Assembly (NCBI GenBank): GCA_902386555.1
Contig: CABMJJ010000009.1
Span: 345,870 to 409,869 of the forward strand
Source: Candidatus Bilamarchaeum dharawalense
Lineage (GTDB): Archaea > Micrarchaeota > Micrarchaeia > Anstonellales > Bilamarchaeaceae
DNA length: 64,000 nt
Direction: 5' to 3'
Positions 38,611-47,384 of this stretch are shown here, in pieces. How positions within the stretch are numbered: position 1 is the first letter of the stretch; each line of letters begins with the position of its first letter. Made by a program: the position numbers and the translations under genes. The notes beneath the pieces are model-generated. The model had not been told where the DNA came from. It saw only the letters and a program-made list of their open reading frames with translations, and made no database searches.

Positions 38611-39129
38611 ATGGACGAAGAAACACTGAAGGCAAAGGTTGACGAACTCGAGAAGAAGAAGTCAGAGCTCATTGAGCGCATAAAGCAGCTCAACCGCAGG
38701 ATCAGGTATAAGAATTATGAGCAGAAGGCCCTTCAACCTTTCCTGGAACAGACCAAGGATGTTCAGGTGGCTCCTCTGAGAAAACAGAAAAGAGCGCTTG
38801 AGTTCAAGATTTCTACTGCAGCCTATACTCCGAAAATGGAGAGGGAAATACTTAAACACTTGAAAAAAGTCGACGAACAATTGGAAAAAGTAAAGGAAGT
38901 TGAACGAGCACGAAGAAAAATAAAATACGTCGAACAGGATATCAGTGAAGGAGAAGCTGAAATCGGAAAAATCGAAACCGAACTCAAGGTCATTAGAGAC
39001 GAGCTCAAAAAATACTATGATGAAATGAAAACCATGCGCATCAGCCAGAGAAAACAGGCTGCAGCACAGGCAAGAGCAGAAGAGGACATGGTTGCCCTCG
39101 GCGACTTGGCATTCATAGAAAAAGAATAA
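38611..39129 (+). CDS. Archaeal coiled-coil protein
   Basis: Continuous heptads; LEFKISTAAYTPKMEREI resembles the conserved archaeal coiled-coil family. Confidence 0.75.
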   Translation: MDEETLKAKVDELEKKKSELIERIKQLNRRIRYKNYEQKALQPFLEQTKDVQVAPLRKQKRALEFKISTAAYTPKMEREILKHLKKVDEQLEKVKEVERARRKIKYVEQDISEGEAEIGKIETELKVIRDELKKYYDEMKTMRISQRKQAAAQARAEEDMVALGDLAFIEKE

Positions 39130-39177
39130 TTTTTGTTTGTGAAACCTACGGTTTCACATGTCTTCTTTATTTTATAT

Positions 39178-39564
39178 TTATTGAAGATGCCTAATTGCAT
39201 CCCTAACTATTCTCCCATGGTCAGTGCACAATTTGGGCAAATTGTGAAGTTCGAACCACCTTGCCTCGTCTGCATCGTCTCCTGCACGAACTTCACCACC
39301 GGTTCTTTTGACTAAAAAAGCAGCAACAATTATACCTCTGGGATCGCGATTGGGATCAGAATAAAGTCCCGTAAAGGTTATTGGTTCGACATCTAGACCG
39401 GTTTCTTCTTTCATTTCCCGTTTTGCACATTCCTCTGCAGTTTCATTATCTTCAATTCTGCCGCCAGGAACTGCCCATTCTCCCTTGAATGGTTCTCGCC
39501 CTCTTTTTACAAGTAGGATTTTCCCATTTTCAACTAAAATCATGTCGCAGGCGAATGGTCTCAT
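39178..39564 (-). CDS. Nudix hydrolase (ADP-ribose pyrophosphatase-like)
   Basis: Nudix box GGRIEDNETAEECAKREMKEETGL; RDPR. Confidence 0.95.
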   Translation of the reverse strand: MRPFACDMILVENGKILLVKRGREPFKGEWAVPGGRIEDNETAEECAKREMKEETGLDVEPITFTGLYSDPNRDPRGIIVAAFLVKRTGGEVRAGDDADEARWFELHNLPKLCTDHGRIVRDAIRHLQ

Positions 39565-39588
39565 AATTTAGAATAAGAGTGTGAATTA

Positions 39589-39840
39589 TTATTTGTTCAC
39601 TTTAACATCCCAGATATATTTGTTTCTCGTTGGTACGGCATCCACTTTCACAGTAATCCCGTAATCATGCTTTTTTATCAGATTATTAAGATCACGAAGT
39701 AGATTGTCATTAACTTCATCAGTATTAACCCAGGAACAGGATTTTCGTGTAATGATACAATCAGCAATAACCAATGCATCATGTTCGGTAATACCAATGC
39801 TTGTGAGCTCTGTAATGATTTCTTCTGATCTATCTGCCAT
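39589..39840 (-). CDS. Hypothetical protein
   Basis: 83-aa ORF with TTTATATA about 23 nt upstream. Confidence 0.6.
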   Translation of the reverse strand: MADRSEEIITELTSIGITEHDALVIADCIITRKSCSWVNTDEVNDNLLRDLNNLIKKHDYGITVKVDAVPTRNKYIWDVKVNK

Positions 39841-39875
39841 GGCTATGATTCTCTAAGAAAGTTTATATAAATAGG

Positions 39876-40331
39876 CTAGAATAGCCTTCCCTGAACTGCT
39901 TCTGGATCGACTTTTAGAAGAACCCTAGTAACCTGTCTAGATAGAGCGTCCTGAGGTAGTTGTGGCTGACCTCCATAAAATAAAGTAGATACCACTCGTT
40001 CTAAAACAGTTTTTGTCGCTGTTGCTGGTTCTGGAACCAAAGCGCGAACTTCAGCAATAACATCAAGAACTCTTTGGGCATCATCCGTACTTAGCACACC
40101 TTTGGCTTGATAGTTGAGGGCATGGGTGAATGTTATGTTTAATAGTGCAGAACCACGTGGAGACCGATCAGCCATTAAGCTTCTGAATCGTTCCATTCTA
40201 CCAGGAGTGGCCAGAATTCTAAGGCCTTCTTGAAGAACATCGATACCAGTGCCTGTTTTCTTCCAACGATCAAACAGCGCTGCCATGTCTTGCTTGCGTT
40301 CTGGAGGCATGGTACTAAAGCGAAAATCCAT
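39876..40331 (-). CDS. Hypothetical helical protein
   Basis: 151-aa ORF with TTTTTATAA upstream. Confidence 0.6.
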   Translation of the reverse strand: MDFRFSTMPPERKQDMAALFDRWKKTGTGIDVLQEGLRILATPGRMERFRSLMADRSPRGSALLNITFTHALNYQAKGVLSTDDAQRVLDVIAEVRALVPEPATATKTVLERVVSTLFYGGQPQLPQDALSRQVTRVLLKVDPEAVQGRLF

Positions 40332-40423
40332 GAAGTGAATATGGTCCGTAAGTTATAAAAAGGTTTATTTTGTGGGTATGAATTAGATGTAGAGGTGTTG
40401 TAATGAGGTAAAAGGAGTAGAAA

Positions 40424-40478
40424 TGGTCAGACGCTGTTGACTTCATCACAGATCAGAGGTTGTTCAGGTCATCATCCC
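40424..40478 (-). ncRNA. Archaeal C/D-box 2'-O-methylation guide sRNA
   Basis: Minus strand reads GGG-ATGATGA (C)-CCTGAACAACCT-CTGA (D')-TCT-GTGATGA (C')-AGTCAACAGCGT-CTGA (D)-CC, giving two 12-nt guides. TTTATAT lies about 23 nt upstream and a pyrimidine-rich tail follows. Confidence 0.9.
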
Positions 40479-40509
40479 AGATAGGATAGTATAACAAGTG
40501 GATATAAAC

Positions 40510-41097
40510 CTAAGGCTTGGTTGCTTTTGTAAGATAAAGCTTCTCAAAAAAGAATTTTTCCTGGGCAATGAAATTGATTTTATAACCCATTTCTTGGAGT
40601 TTTCTTATAATTGCCTTCTCATTGGTTAACGAACTTAGAATAATAAGCAGAACACCACCTGGTTTTAGGTAACTGTCCACATGATTCAAAAACTGTTTAA
40701 TAACTGACAGCCCATCAGGCCCGCCATCAAAAGCCAGATTAAGATCGCCTTCGATAACTTCCTCTCTGGATGTGGGAAGATAGGGCGGATTAAACAGAAT
40801 AGCATCGAATTGTTGTTTTGGAACATTGGAGAAAAGATCGCTTTCGATGAATTGCACTGATTTGATTTTGTTTCTTTTGGCATTTATTTTTGCGCATTTC
40901 ACTGCTTCGGGATTAACATCAACACCTAGAACATTGCCGCCCTCTCGAGCACATATGAGCGAAACTATTCCACTCCCACACCCGATTTCAAGTATTTTTC
41001 CTCTTAATTTCATGGCAGCATTTGCCAGTAGGAAAGAATCTTCCGCAGGCTCATAAACACTTGGGTAAATAACAAGATCAAGACCCAAATACTTCAT
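40510..41097 (-). CDS. HemK2/MTQ2-family protein methyltransferase
   Basis: VYEPAEDSFLL, LEIGCGSG, FNPPY and GGPDG motifs. Confidence 0.93.
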   Translation of the reverse strand: MKYLGLDLVIYPSVYEPAEDSFLLANAAMKLRGKILEIGCGSGIVSLICAREGGNVLGVDVNPEAVKCAKINAKRNKIKSVQFIESDLFSNVPKQQFDAILFNPPYLPTSREEVIEGDLNLAFDGGPDGLSVIKQFLNHVDSYLKPGGVLLIILSSLTNEKAIIRKLQEMGYKINFIAQEKFFFEKLYLTKATKP

Positions 41098-41189
41098 AAA
41101 TTCTATTTAGATGGAAAGATTAATTACCCGTTCCTATGGATTTGAGACTGGAATTTTGATTTATATAACCTACCAAATAATTGGTAGCT

Positions 41190-41816
41190 ATGGATGAGCT
41201 AATTTTTGCCCTTCTAAAACATGGAGCTTACCTTAGGCCAATTCGAATTACAACCACAGAGTTAGGCAGGATAGGGAGAATGTCCCAGCAAAATGCTTCG
41301 TATAGGCTTCAGAGTTTGGAGAAAAACGGGATGGTTCAACGTAATGCAGAGGGGATTGTTTTTACTAAAAAGGCAAAGGATGAAATTGCCAGAATTTATG
41401 CTGATATGAAAACCAGTGTTGAGGGAGAAAAGTTTGAACTAAACGGCAAAATAGTGAGTGGATTGGGTGAGGGGAAATTTTATCTTTCGCTTGAGGGTTA
41501 TCGAAAACAGATAAGGGAAAGATTTGGATTCCGTCCGTTTCCAGGAACACTAAATATTGAGTTAAATGAAAAGGAAATGTGGAAAAAACAGCAGGTTTTA
41601 GGAATGGAACCGGTGGTCATAATGGGGTTTAAAGACAGAGATCGAACCTACGGAGATTTATTTTCTTACCGATGTAAAATTGAAGGAAGAGAGTGTGTAC
41701 TAATCATACCAATAAGAACTCACCATGGACCGAAGGTTATTGAAATAATCAGCCAATTTAATTTGAAGAAAACAATGCACAAAAAAGATGGAGATTCTGT
41801 TAGGGTGGTATTCTGA
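41190..41816 (+). CDS. ribK: CTP-dependent riboflavin kinase with an N-terminal HTH (RbkR-like)
   Basis: HTH (TTELG...SQQNASYRLQSLE), SGLGEG, PFPGTLN, RTHH and EII motifs. Confidence 0.92.
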   Translation: MDELIFALLKHGAYLRPIRITTTELGRIGRMSQQNASYRLQSLEKNGMVQRNAEGIVFTKKAKDEIARIYADMKTSVEGEKFELNGKIVSGLGEGKFYLSLEGYRKQIRERFGFRPFPGTLNIELNEKEMWKKQQVLGMEPVVIMGFKDRDRTYGDLFSYRCKIEGRECVLIIPIRTHHGPKVIEIISQFNLKKTMHKKDGDSVRVVF

Positions 41817-41842
41817 TTGAATTTGAAGGAATTGTTAGTAAA

Positions 41843-43150
41843 ATGAGATATAATTACGGTAGGAAAGAGTACATTATTACAGATGGTAAAATAGAACAGA
41901 ATATAAAAAGTGATCAACCGCTTAGTCAGGGTTCGGTAGTGAAACTAGAGGGAGAATTGGACGACAGCGGAAGCATTGTAGCAAACAGAATAGTTTTTTT
42001 AGAGGGAGTAAAAGAAACAGACGTTCTGGAAAGGATTAAGGCGAATGTTAGAGACTCGTTAAGGGTCAGCGATGAACCAATACTGGTAAACGATGAGATT
42101 ACAAAAAAAATCTGGCCGCAGTTGAAAGAACTAGCAGTGGAATTTGTTCTTGCAAAAAAACTCGGACGGTCAATTCTGCTAAGGTTTCATGGAGATGCGG
42201 ACGGAGTGTGCGGGGCATTTGCCTTGACAGGTATATTGTACTGCAAAACATTCCAACAGAATTCGGCAATGTACAATGTTAAGGATGCTTTTCGAGATAT
42301 GTCAACCATAGGTCAGGAAAATAAACCGCTGATTGTTTTGTTGGATTTTGGATCCAGTGACTCCTGTAAAGAAGCACTTGAGCTGATCGCAGCTGCAGGA
42401 ATTGATTATGTGATAATTGATCACCACCCATATAATGCAAAGGAAAATAGAAAAATAATCAATCCATTTGGTTTTGCGGATAATGTTTCAAAATACACTG
42501 CAGGTTATCTGGCATGTGAAATTGCCATTGCCTCTGGTCTTGATTTGGAAAAAGGCAGAGAGCTGGCAAAAATCGCCTGTGCTGGGGATAAAAGTAGTAT
42601 TCTGGAAAGTGACGATTCAGACGTAAAAAAGGCCATGGTTCTTGATTTTTTAACCAACCATGTTTCATTTGGAAATAATCTTGATTTTTATAAAAAAGTG
42701 ATGGAAAAACAGGAGCTCTTCGCTTCCATTGCTCAACAGGCAGATGAATCAATTGAAGAAGCTGCAAAAAAAGCCCTGGCAGGAGCAAAACGAGTGATAG
42801 AAAAGGATGTTGAAATCTGCACCTTTCCTCTTGATGCGATTGTTAGAAAAGGAGAATGGCCATCCTCAAGTAAAATAACTACCAGAGTCTACGATAAGAT
42901 TAGAGGGGAACAACCGCTTATTTGCATAGGATATACTGAATATTCTGTGATAATGAGAATAAATGATGGGGCAGTTGCCAAGGGACTCAACGCCAATGAA
43001 TTGGCTGAGAACGTGAAGAAAACAATGGCTGATTTTGTTAAAGGGGGAGGCGGCCATGCAAAAGCAGGTGCCATATCAGTGAGGCCAGGATTTAACCGGG
43101 AGGTACTTGGAGAACTTCAAAGACAAATTTCGAAAAGTTTAATAGCCTAA
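41843..43150 (+). CDS. RecJ-like DHH/DHHA1 phosphoesterase with an N-terminal OB fold
   Basis: HGDADG, LLDFGS, IIDHH and GGGGHAKAG motifs. Confidence 0.88.
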   Translation: MRYNYGRKEYIITDGKIEQNIKSDQPLSQGSVVKLEGELDDSGSIVANRIVFLEGVKETDVLERIKANVRDSLRVSDEPILVNDEITKKIWPQLKELAVEFVLAKKLGRSILLRFHGDADGVCGAFALTGILYCKTFQQNSAMYNVKDAFRDMSTIGQENKPLIVLLDFGSSDSCKEALELIAAAGIDYVIIDHHPYNAKENRKIINPFGFADNVSKYTAGYLACEIAIASGLDLEKGRELAKIACAGDKSSILESDDSDVKKAMVLDFLTNHVSFGNNLDFYKKVMEKQELFASIAQQADESIEEAAKKALAGAKRVIEKDVEICTFPLDAIVRKGEWPSSSKITTRVYDKIRGEQPLICIGYTEYSVIMRINDGAVAKGLNANELAENVKKTMADFVKGGGGHAKAGAISVRPGFNREVLGELQRQISKSLIA

Positions 43151-43188
43151 AGATCAATAGTGAAAATACTAATTACGGGTGAGAGAGA

Positions 43189-44190
43189 ATGAAAGTTGCC
43201 ATAAGTGGATTTGGTAGAATAGGAAAATCTTTTTTAAAAGCAGCAATTAAACAGGGCGTTCTAGGTAAAGATTTTGATGTTGTCGCGATAAATACTAAGA
43301 GTGCAGTGGAACAACACGTTCATCTTTTCAAATATGATTCGGTCTATGGAAGATTTGACGGCGAAGTAAAAGCTGCAGATGGTTATTTCATTGTAAATGG
43401 TTACAAGATAAAATGGATAAACGAAACCGATCCCCTCAAACTGCCATGGAAAGAACTTGAAGTGGATGTTGTTCTTGAGAGTAGTGGAACATTTAGAGGA
43501 AGAGAGGATAGTGAAAAACACATTAAGGCAGGTGCAAAAAAAGTATTGATTTCTGCGCCTGGTGAAAACGTGGATGCAACAATTGTACCTGGAGTTAATG
43601 ACCATATTCTGAACAAGAATATGGTTTTGCTATCTCTGGCATCCTGCACAACCAACTGCTTGGCACCCATTGTCAAGGTGATGGATGAAAAATTCGGGAT
43701 AGAAAATGGCTTTCTAAGTACGATTCATGCCTATACTAATGATCAAAACATTCTTGATGCAAGTCACAAAGACCTTAGAAGAGCCAGAGCAGGCGCAGTG
43801 AGCATTATACCAACCAGCACCGGAGCAGCAAAGGCCATTGGTGAGGTCCTGCCTCAGTTAAATGGAAAGATGGATGGTGTTGCGTTTAGAGTTCCTGTGC
43901 CAGATGGCTCCATGAATGATATGACATTTTTGCTGAAAAAACCAGCTAGCAAAGACGAAATAAATGCCGAATTGAAGCGAGCGTCAAATGAAGAACTGAA
44001 AGGAATTTTGGGTTATACAGATGAACCGATTGTCTCGGTGGATATTATTGGCACCACCTACTCGGCAATTGTGGATTCCAAATTGACAAAGGTTCAGGGA
44101 CGTTTGGTAAAAGTATCTGCCTGGTATGATAATGAGTTTGGCTATTCGAATAGATTGGTTGATTTTGTTAAGAAGCTGAAACAGCTTTGA
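43189..44190 (+). CDS. gap: Type I (bacterial-type) glyceraldehyde-3-phosphate dehydrogenase
   Basis: GFGRIG, ASCTTNCLAP, STGAAKA, RVP and WYDNE motifs. Confidence 0.96.
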   Translation: MKVAISGFGRIGKSFLKAAIKQGVLGKDFDVVAINTKSAVEQHVHLFKYDSVYGRFDGEVKAADGYFIVNGYKIKWINETDPLKLPWKELEVDVVLESSGTFRGREDSEKHIKAGAKKVLISAPGENVDATIVPGVNDHILNKNMVLLSLASCTTNCLAPIVKVMDEKFGIENGFLSTIHAYTNDQNILDASHKDLRRARAGAVSIIPTSTGAAKAIGEVLPQLNGKMDGVAFRVPVPDGSMNDMTFLLKKPASKDEINAELKRASNEELKGILGYTDEPIVSVDIIGTTYSAIVDSKLTKVQGRLVKVSAWYDNEFGYSNRLVDFVKKLKQL

Positions 44191-44238
44191 CCGTAAAATG
44201 GCAGAGGCTTTTTAAAGTTCACTTTCCATAGATTTCCG

Positions 44239-44493
44239 ATGGCAATTGGCGCAGAAGTAGTTGCAGCGGGAATAGCAGCTTTCCTTACAACAATAGCTCC
44301 GATTATAGCGATTATTCTACTTACACTCGGTGGCATTACCTATGGTCTTGCCCAGACCCAACCAGCAGAGATTAGAGGTAAATGGCAAACTGCAGCAATA
44401 AGCATGTTTGTCGGCGGTTTAATCGTTGGGGCAGTGGCTGGAGCAGCAGGAATAATCCAAACAGCATCATCAGGATTGCTTAGACCTGCATAA
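44239..44493 (+). CDS. VirB2/TrbC/CedA1-like small hydrophobic pilin
   Basis: 84 aa, Ala/Gly/Ile-rich; two hydrophobic helices joined by a short charged loop (QTQPAEIRGKWQ). Has its own TATA box and terminator. No class III (type IV pilin) cleavage motif. Confidence 0.65.
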   Translation: MAIGAEVVAAGIAAFLTTIAPIIAIILLTLGGITYGLAQTQPAEIRGKWQTAAISMFVGGLIVGAVAGAAGIIQTASSGLLRPA

Positions 44494-44514
44494 AAAGGAC
44501 CATGGGTCCTTTTT
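44492..44514. terminator. Bidirectional hairpin terminator
   Basis: aaaaaggacc-atg-ggtccttttt, a perfect inverted repeat at the pilin stop. Confidence 0.75.
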
Positions 44515-44681
44515 GAATCTCCTTTTTATTTAAGAGGATGATCATTTGGTTAGCGTAAGCCAGGTTTTCGTCCCGCTTCTTCCTTAATAGCAAGCTAGTT
44601 TTTTGGTTCTTTTTTCCTAAAAAAGAACTGCGGAAATGAGGTCCCATAAACTATTTAAATAACAAAAGAAGTAATCTTCAT

Positions 44682-44713
44682 TAGTATATACATATAATAT
44701 AAGTATATACTTA
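44682..44713. promoter_or_regulatory. Putative operator: tandem AGTATATAC, the second copy within the 14-bp palindrome TAAGTATATACTTA
   Basis: Copies at 44683-44691 and 44702-44710, between TATTTAAAT (about 44652) and the ATG at 44726. Confidence 0.5.
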
Positions 44714-44725
44714 TGGGGGATAAAA

Positions 44726-44983
44726 ATGAAATCTACGGAAGAAAAATTAGATGATGATGGCTTTGAGGAAATCGAATCAAAACCAGAGTCAAGTGGACAG
44801 CAGAGTGGAGGGGGAAACAGACCAGATTTCCGAATAGTTCAAACCGATCGAGACAAGGATGGGAATGTTGTTTATAGTAATATTGGCGGAATGTGGAAAA
44901 ACATTTCTAAAAACGGAAAAACATTCTACACCATGCGAATTGGGCAATTGAAATTACTTGTTTTCCCAAATGAGCGAAAGTAA
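44726..44983 (+). CDS. DUF736-like small beta protein (putative ssDNA-binding)
   Basis: RPDFRI...[17 protein letters not shown] resembles the DUF736 PD(Y/F)R...IGAAW..xSKxGxxY pattern; acidic N-terminal tail. Confidence 0.55.
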   Translation: MKSTEEKLDDDGFEEIESKPESSGQQSGGGNRPDFRIVQTDRDKDGNVVYSNIGGMWKNISKNGKTFYTMRIGQLKLLVFPNERK

Positions 44984-45002
44984 GTGGATAGAGGCGACTA
45001 TT

Positions 45003-45974
45003 ATGGCAGAGGATAAAGAAAAGGATAAGAAAAAGAAATATTATAAGGACCTGGAAGATTTACCAGGAATTGGAGAGGTAACTGCGGAGAAACTTAGAGC
45101 AGCTGGCTATGGCGAATTTTCAGCCATTGCAGCAGCAAACCCACATGAACTTGCAGAATCAGGTGGGATGGGAGTGGAGTCAGCAAAAAAGGCAATAGAA
45201 GCTGCAAAATCCATGGTGGAGATAGGCTTTGAAACAGCAGATGTGGTGTTTGAAAGAAGAAAGGACCTTGGAAGAATAAAAACAGGTTCCACCGCACTTG
45301 ATGAATTACTTGGTGGCGGCATCGAGACCATGGCTATCACCGAGATGTATGGTAAATTTTCAAGCGGTAAAAGCCAACTTGGATTCCAACTTGTTGTGAA
45401 TGTACAAAAACCAGTGGACCAGGGAGGGTTAAACGGTGCGGTCTTGTTTGTAGATTCAGAAGCAACATTCAGACCAGAAAGAATATTTCAGCTTGCTGAA
45501 TCCCAGGGACTTGATCCACAGACAGTGCTGAAGAACACTCACATTGCCAGAGCGGAGAATAGTGATCATCAAATAATTCTACTTGAAAAAGCAGAGGAAG
45601 TTATAGAAAAAAACAACATCAAATTGATTGTTGTTGACTCCCTAACCTCTCATTTTAGAGCAGATTATCTAGGTCGTGGTGCACTTGGCGAACGCCAGCA
45701 AAAACTGAATAAACATGTCCATACCTTACAGAAATTAGCTGAAAAATACAATCTGGCAGTTTATGTTACCAATCAGGTCATGGACAATCCTGGAATTTTA
45801 TTTGGTGACCCAACAACGCCGATTGGAGGCCATGTTCTTGCCCATATGTCAACATACAGATTATATGTGAGAAAAAGTAAAGATGACAAAAGAATAGCAA
45901 GATTGGTGGATTCCCCAAATCTACCTGAAGGTGAGGCAGTATTTCGCGTAACTCCGAAAGGACTAACAGATTAA
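45003..45974 (+). CDS. radA: DNA repair and recombination protein RadA
   Basis: N-terminal HhH (LEDLPGIG), GFETA polymerisation motif, [27 protein letters not shown] and GGHVLAH. Confidence 0.96.
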   Translation: MAEDKEKDKKKKYYKDLEDLPGIGEVTAEKLRAAGYGEFSAIAAANPHELAESGGMGVESAKKAIEAAKSMVEIGFETADVVFERRKDLGRIKTGSTALDELLGGGIETMAITEMYGKFSSGKSQLGFQLVVNVQKPVDQGGLNGAVLFVDSEATFRPERIFQLAESQGLDPQTVLKNTHIARAENSDHQIILLEKAEEVIEKNNIKLIVVDSLTSHFRADYLGRGALGERQQKLNKHVHTLQKLAEKYNLAVYVTNQVMDNPGILFGDPTTPIGGHVLAHMSTYRLYVRKSKDDKRIARLVDSPNLPEGEAVFRVTPKGLTD

Positions 45975-45982
45975 TTTTTTTA

Positions 45983-46645
45983 TTATTTTTCGTATTTGGA
46001 CTTTGGATAAACTCCTACTCTACCATCGTCACTAAAATACACGTTTTTACCAGGAACTTCAAGGGTATTACCGTAAAGGTAGGTGTTGCCACCATTGATA
46101 ATGTGATTAAGATAAACAAACCACATCTTTATGGCTTCACTTCCAGCATAAACACCTTCTTTTTGAAGCCATCCGCCTCCAACATGATGAGCAACTTTGA
46201 GAAGATAATCATCACCGTCTTTTTTTATGTAAACACGAAGATGATCATTGCCAAAGCCTTCCCAGATCATTTCTGAACCTGAAAAATTATAGGCAAATTT
46301 GTGGTAGTAGCCACCTCTAGAAACGTCAACCATCACAGCAGCACCGCCATAGTTGAATGGTGTTTCATCACCACTGCTATCAAAACAGTCAGTAGTACAA
46401 ATCCCATTAACTTTGACGAGTTTTGGATCGGTAACCGCAAGCAGAGGGCCAAATGCTTTTTCAGTGGCTTCTATCACTGTTTTTGGGGGTATTTTGAGTT
46501 CAGAAACAGTTGACGGTCTAGTGCAAGCCATGGCACCTGCAAGCAAGGGAACGACGAGAGCAGCAGGCAACATCCTTTTAACTAAACTTTTGTCGTCCTT
46601 TTGATGAACAGGTTCTAGAACAGCAGATCTATTGATTCTAGTCAT
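45983..46645 (-). CDS. Hypothetical secreted or lipoprotein-like protein
   Basis: Long n-region and a hydrophobic stretch ending AMAC; TATA box upstream. Confidence 0.6.
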   Translation of the reverse strand: MTRINRSAVLEPVHQKDDKSLVKRMLPAALVVPLLAGAMACTRPSTVSELKIPPKTVIEATEKAFGPLLAVTDPKLVKVNGICTTDCFDSSGDETPFNYGGAAVMVDVSRGGYYHKFAYNFSGSEMIWEGFGNDHLRVYIKKDGDDYLLKVAHHVGGGWLQKEGVYAGSEAIKMWFVYLNHIINGGNTYLYGNTLEVPGKNVYFSDDGRVGVYPKSKYEK

Positions 46646-46750
46646 GGAAAAACATATGGAACTAAGGATTTAAATATGTTTCCATTTTTTAACATGAATT
46701 ACAATATTATCCCAATAAAAAGATTTTTAGCTTTAAATAGCAAGACGAGT

Positions 46751-47350
46751 ATGATGGCCGAGAACACGACAGATTGGTCTGGATTAGTACTGATAGCAGC
46801 AAATATCTTAACAATAATTTTAGCAGTTTTATTGCAGTATGATTTTGGAGTGATGATTTGGAGCTACTGGGCAGAAAGCGTAATCATAGGAATTTTTACA
46901 ATTGTTGGGATGATCACGATTGGACTGATGTCAAAGAACATTCTGGGGTGGTTCTCAGCAGTGCTCACGGTGGGATTTTTTACAGTTCATTATGGAATGT
47001 TTCATTTCATCTATGCGGTCTTCTTGTTAGTCATACCACTGTTTGTTGTAAACAATTGGGTGGATGTTACTATGACGACCGGAATTTTATTCCTGAGTCA
47101 TCTTTTTTCTTTTATTTACAATAGCTTTCTAAGAAAACAAACACAGACAACCGTGGATAAAATGATGCTTGAACCATATGGGCGCATAGTGCCGATGCAC
47201 CTGACGATCATGTTGTCTGGCTTCATAATATTTATTTTCCCAAGTATGGATGCATTACCAAAAACGATACTGCTGGTTGTTTTTATGTCATTAAAAACGA
47301 TTGGGGATTTCTTGGCTCATAGAAAGAAGCATACAGTTAACCAAGAGTAG
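46751..47350 (+). CDS. DUF6498-like membrane protein
   Basis: YWAESVIIG, FFTVHYGMF and PYGRIVPMHL motifs. Confidence 0.75.
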   Translation: MMAENTTDWSGLVLIAANILTIILAVLLQYDFGVMIWSYWAESVIIGIFTIVGMITIGLMSKNILGWFSAVLTVGFFTVHYGMFHFIYAVFLLVIPLFVVNNWVDVTMTTGILFLSHLFSFIYNSFLRKQTQTTVDKMMLEPYGRIVPMHLTIMLSGFIIFIFPSMDALPKTILLVVFMSLKTIGDFLAHRKKHTVNQE

Positions 47351-47384
47351 AATTATAAAAATCCCCTGTAATAGATTTGGGGGG

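Noticed and set aside
44239..44493. ATP synthase c subunit or type IV pilin
   Set aside because: The QP loop is c-subunit-like, but the second helix has no ion-binding Glu/Asp and no ATP synthase genes are adjacent. There is no class III signal (K/R-G followed by a hydrophobic stretch) at the N-terminus.
44480..44647. ~55-codon minus-strand ORF downstream of the pilin
   Set aside because: It runs through the terminator and overlaps the pilin 3' end, with no recognisable motif.
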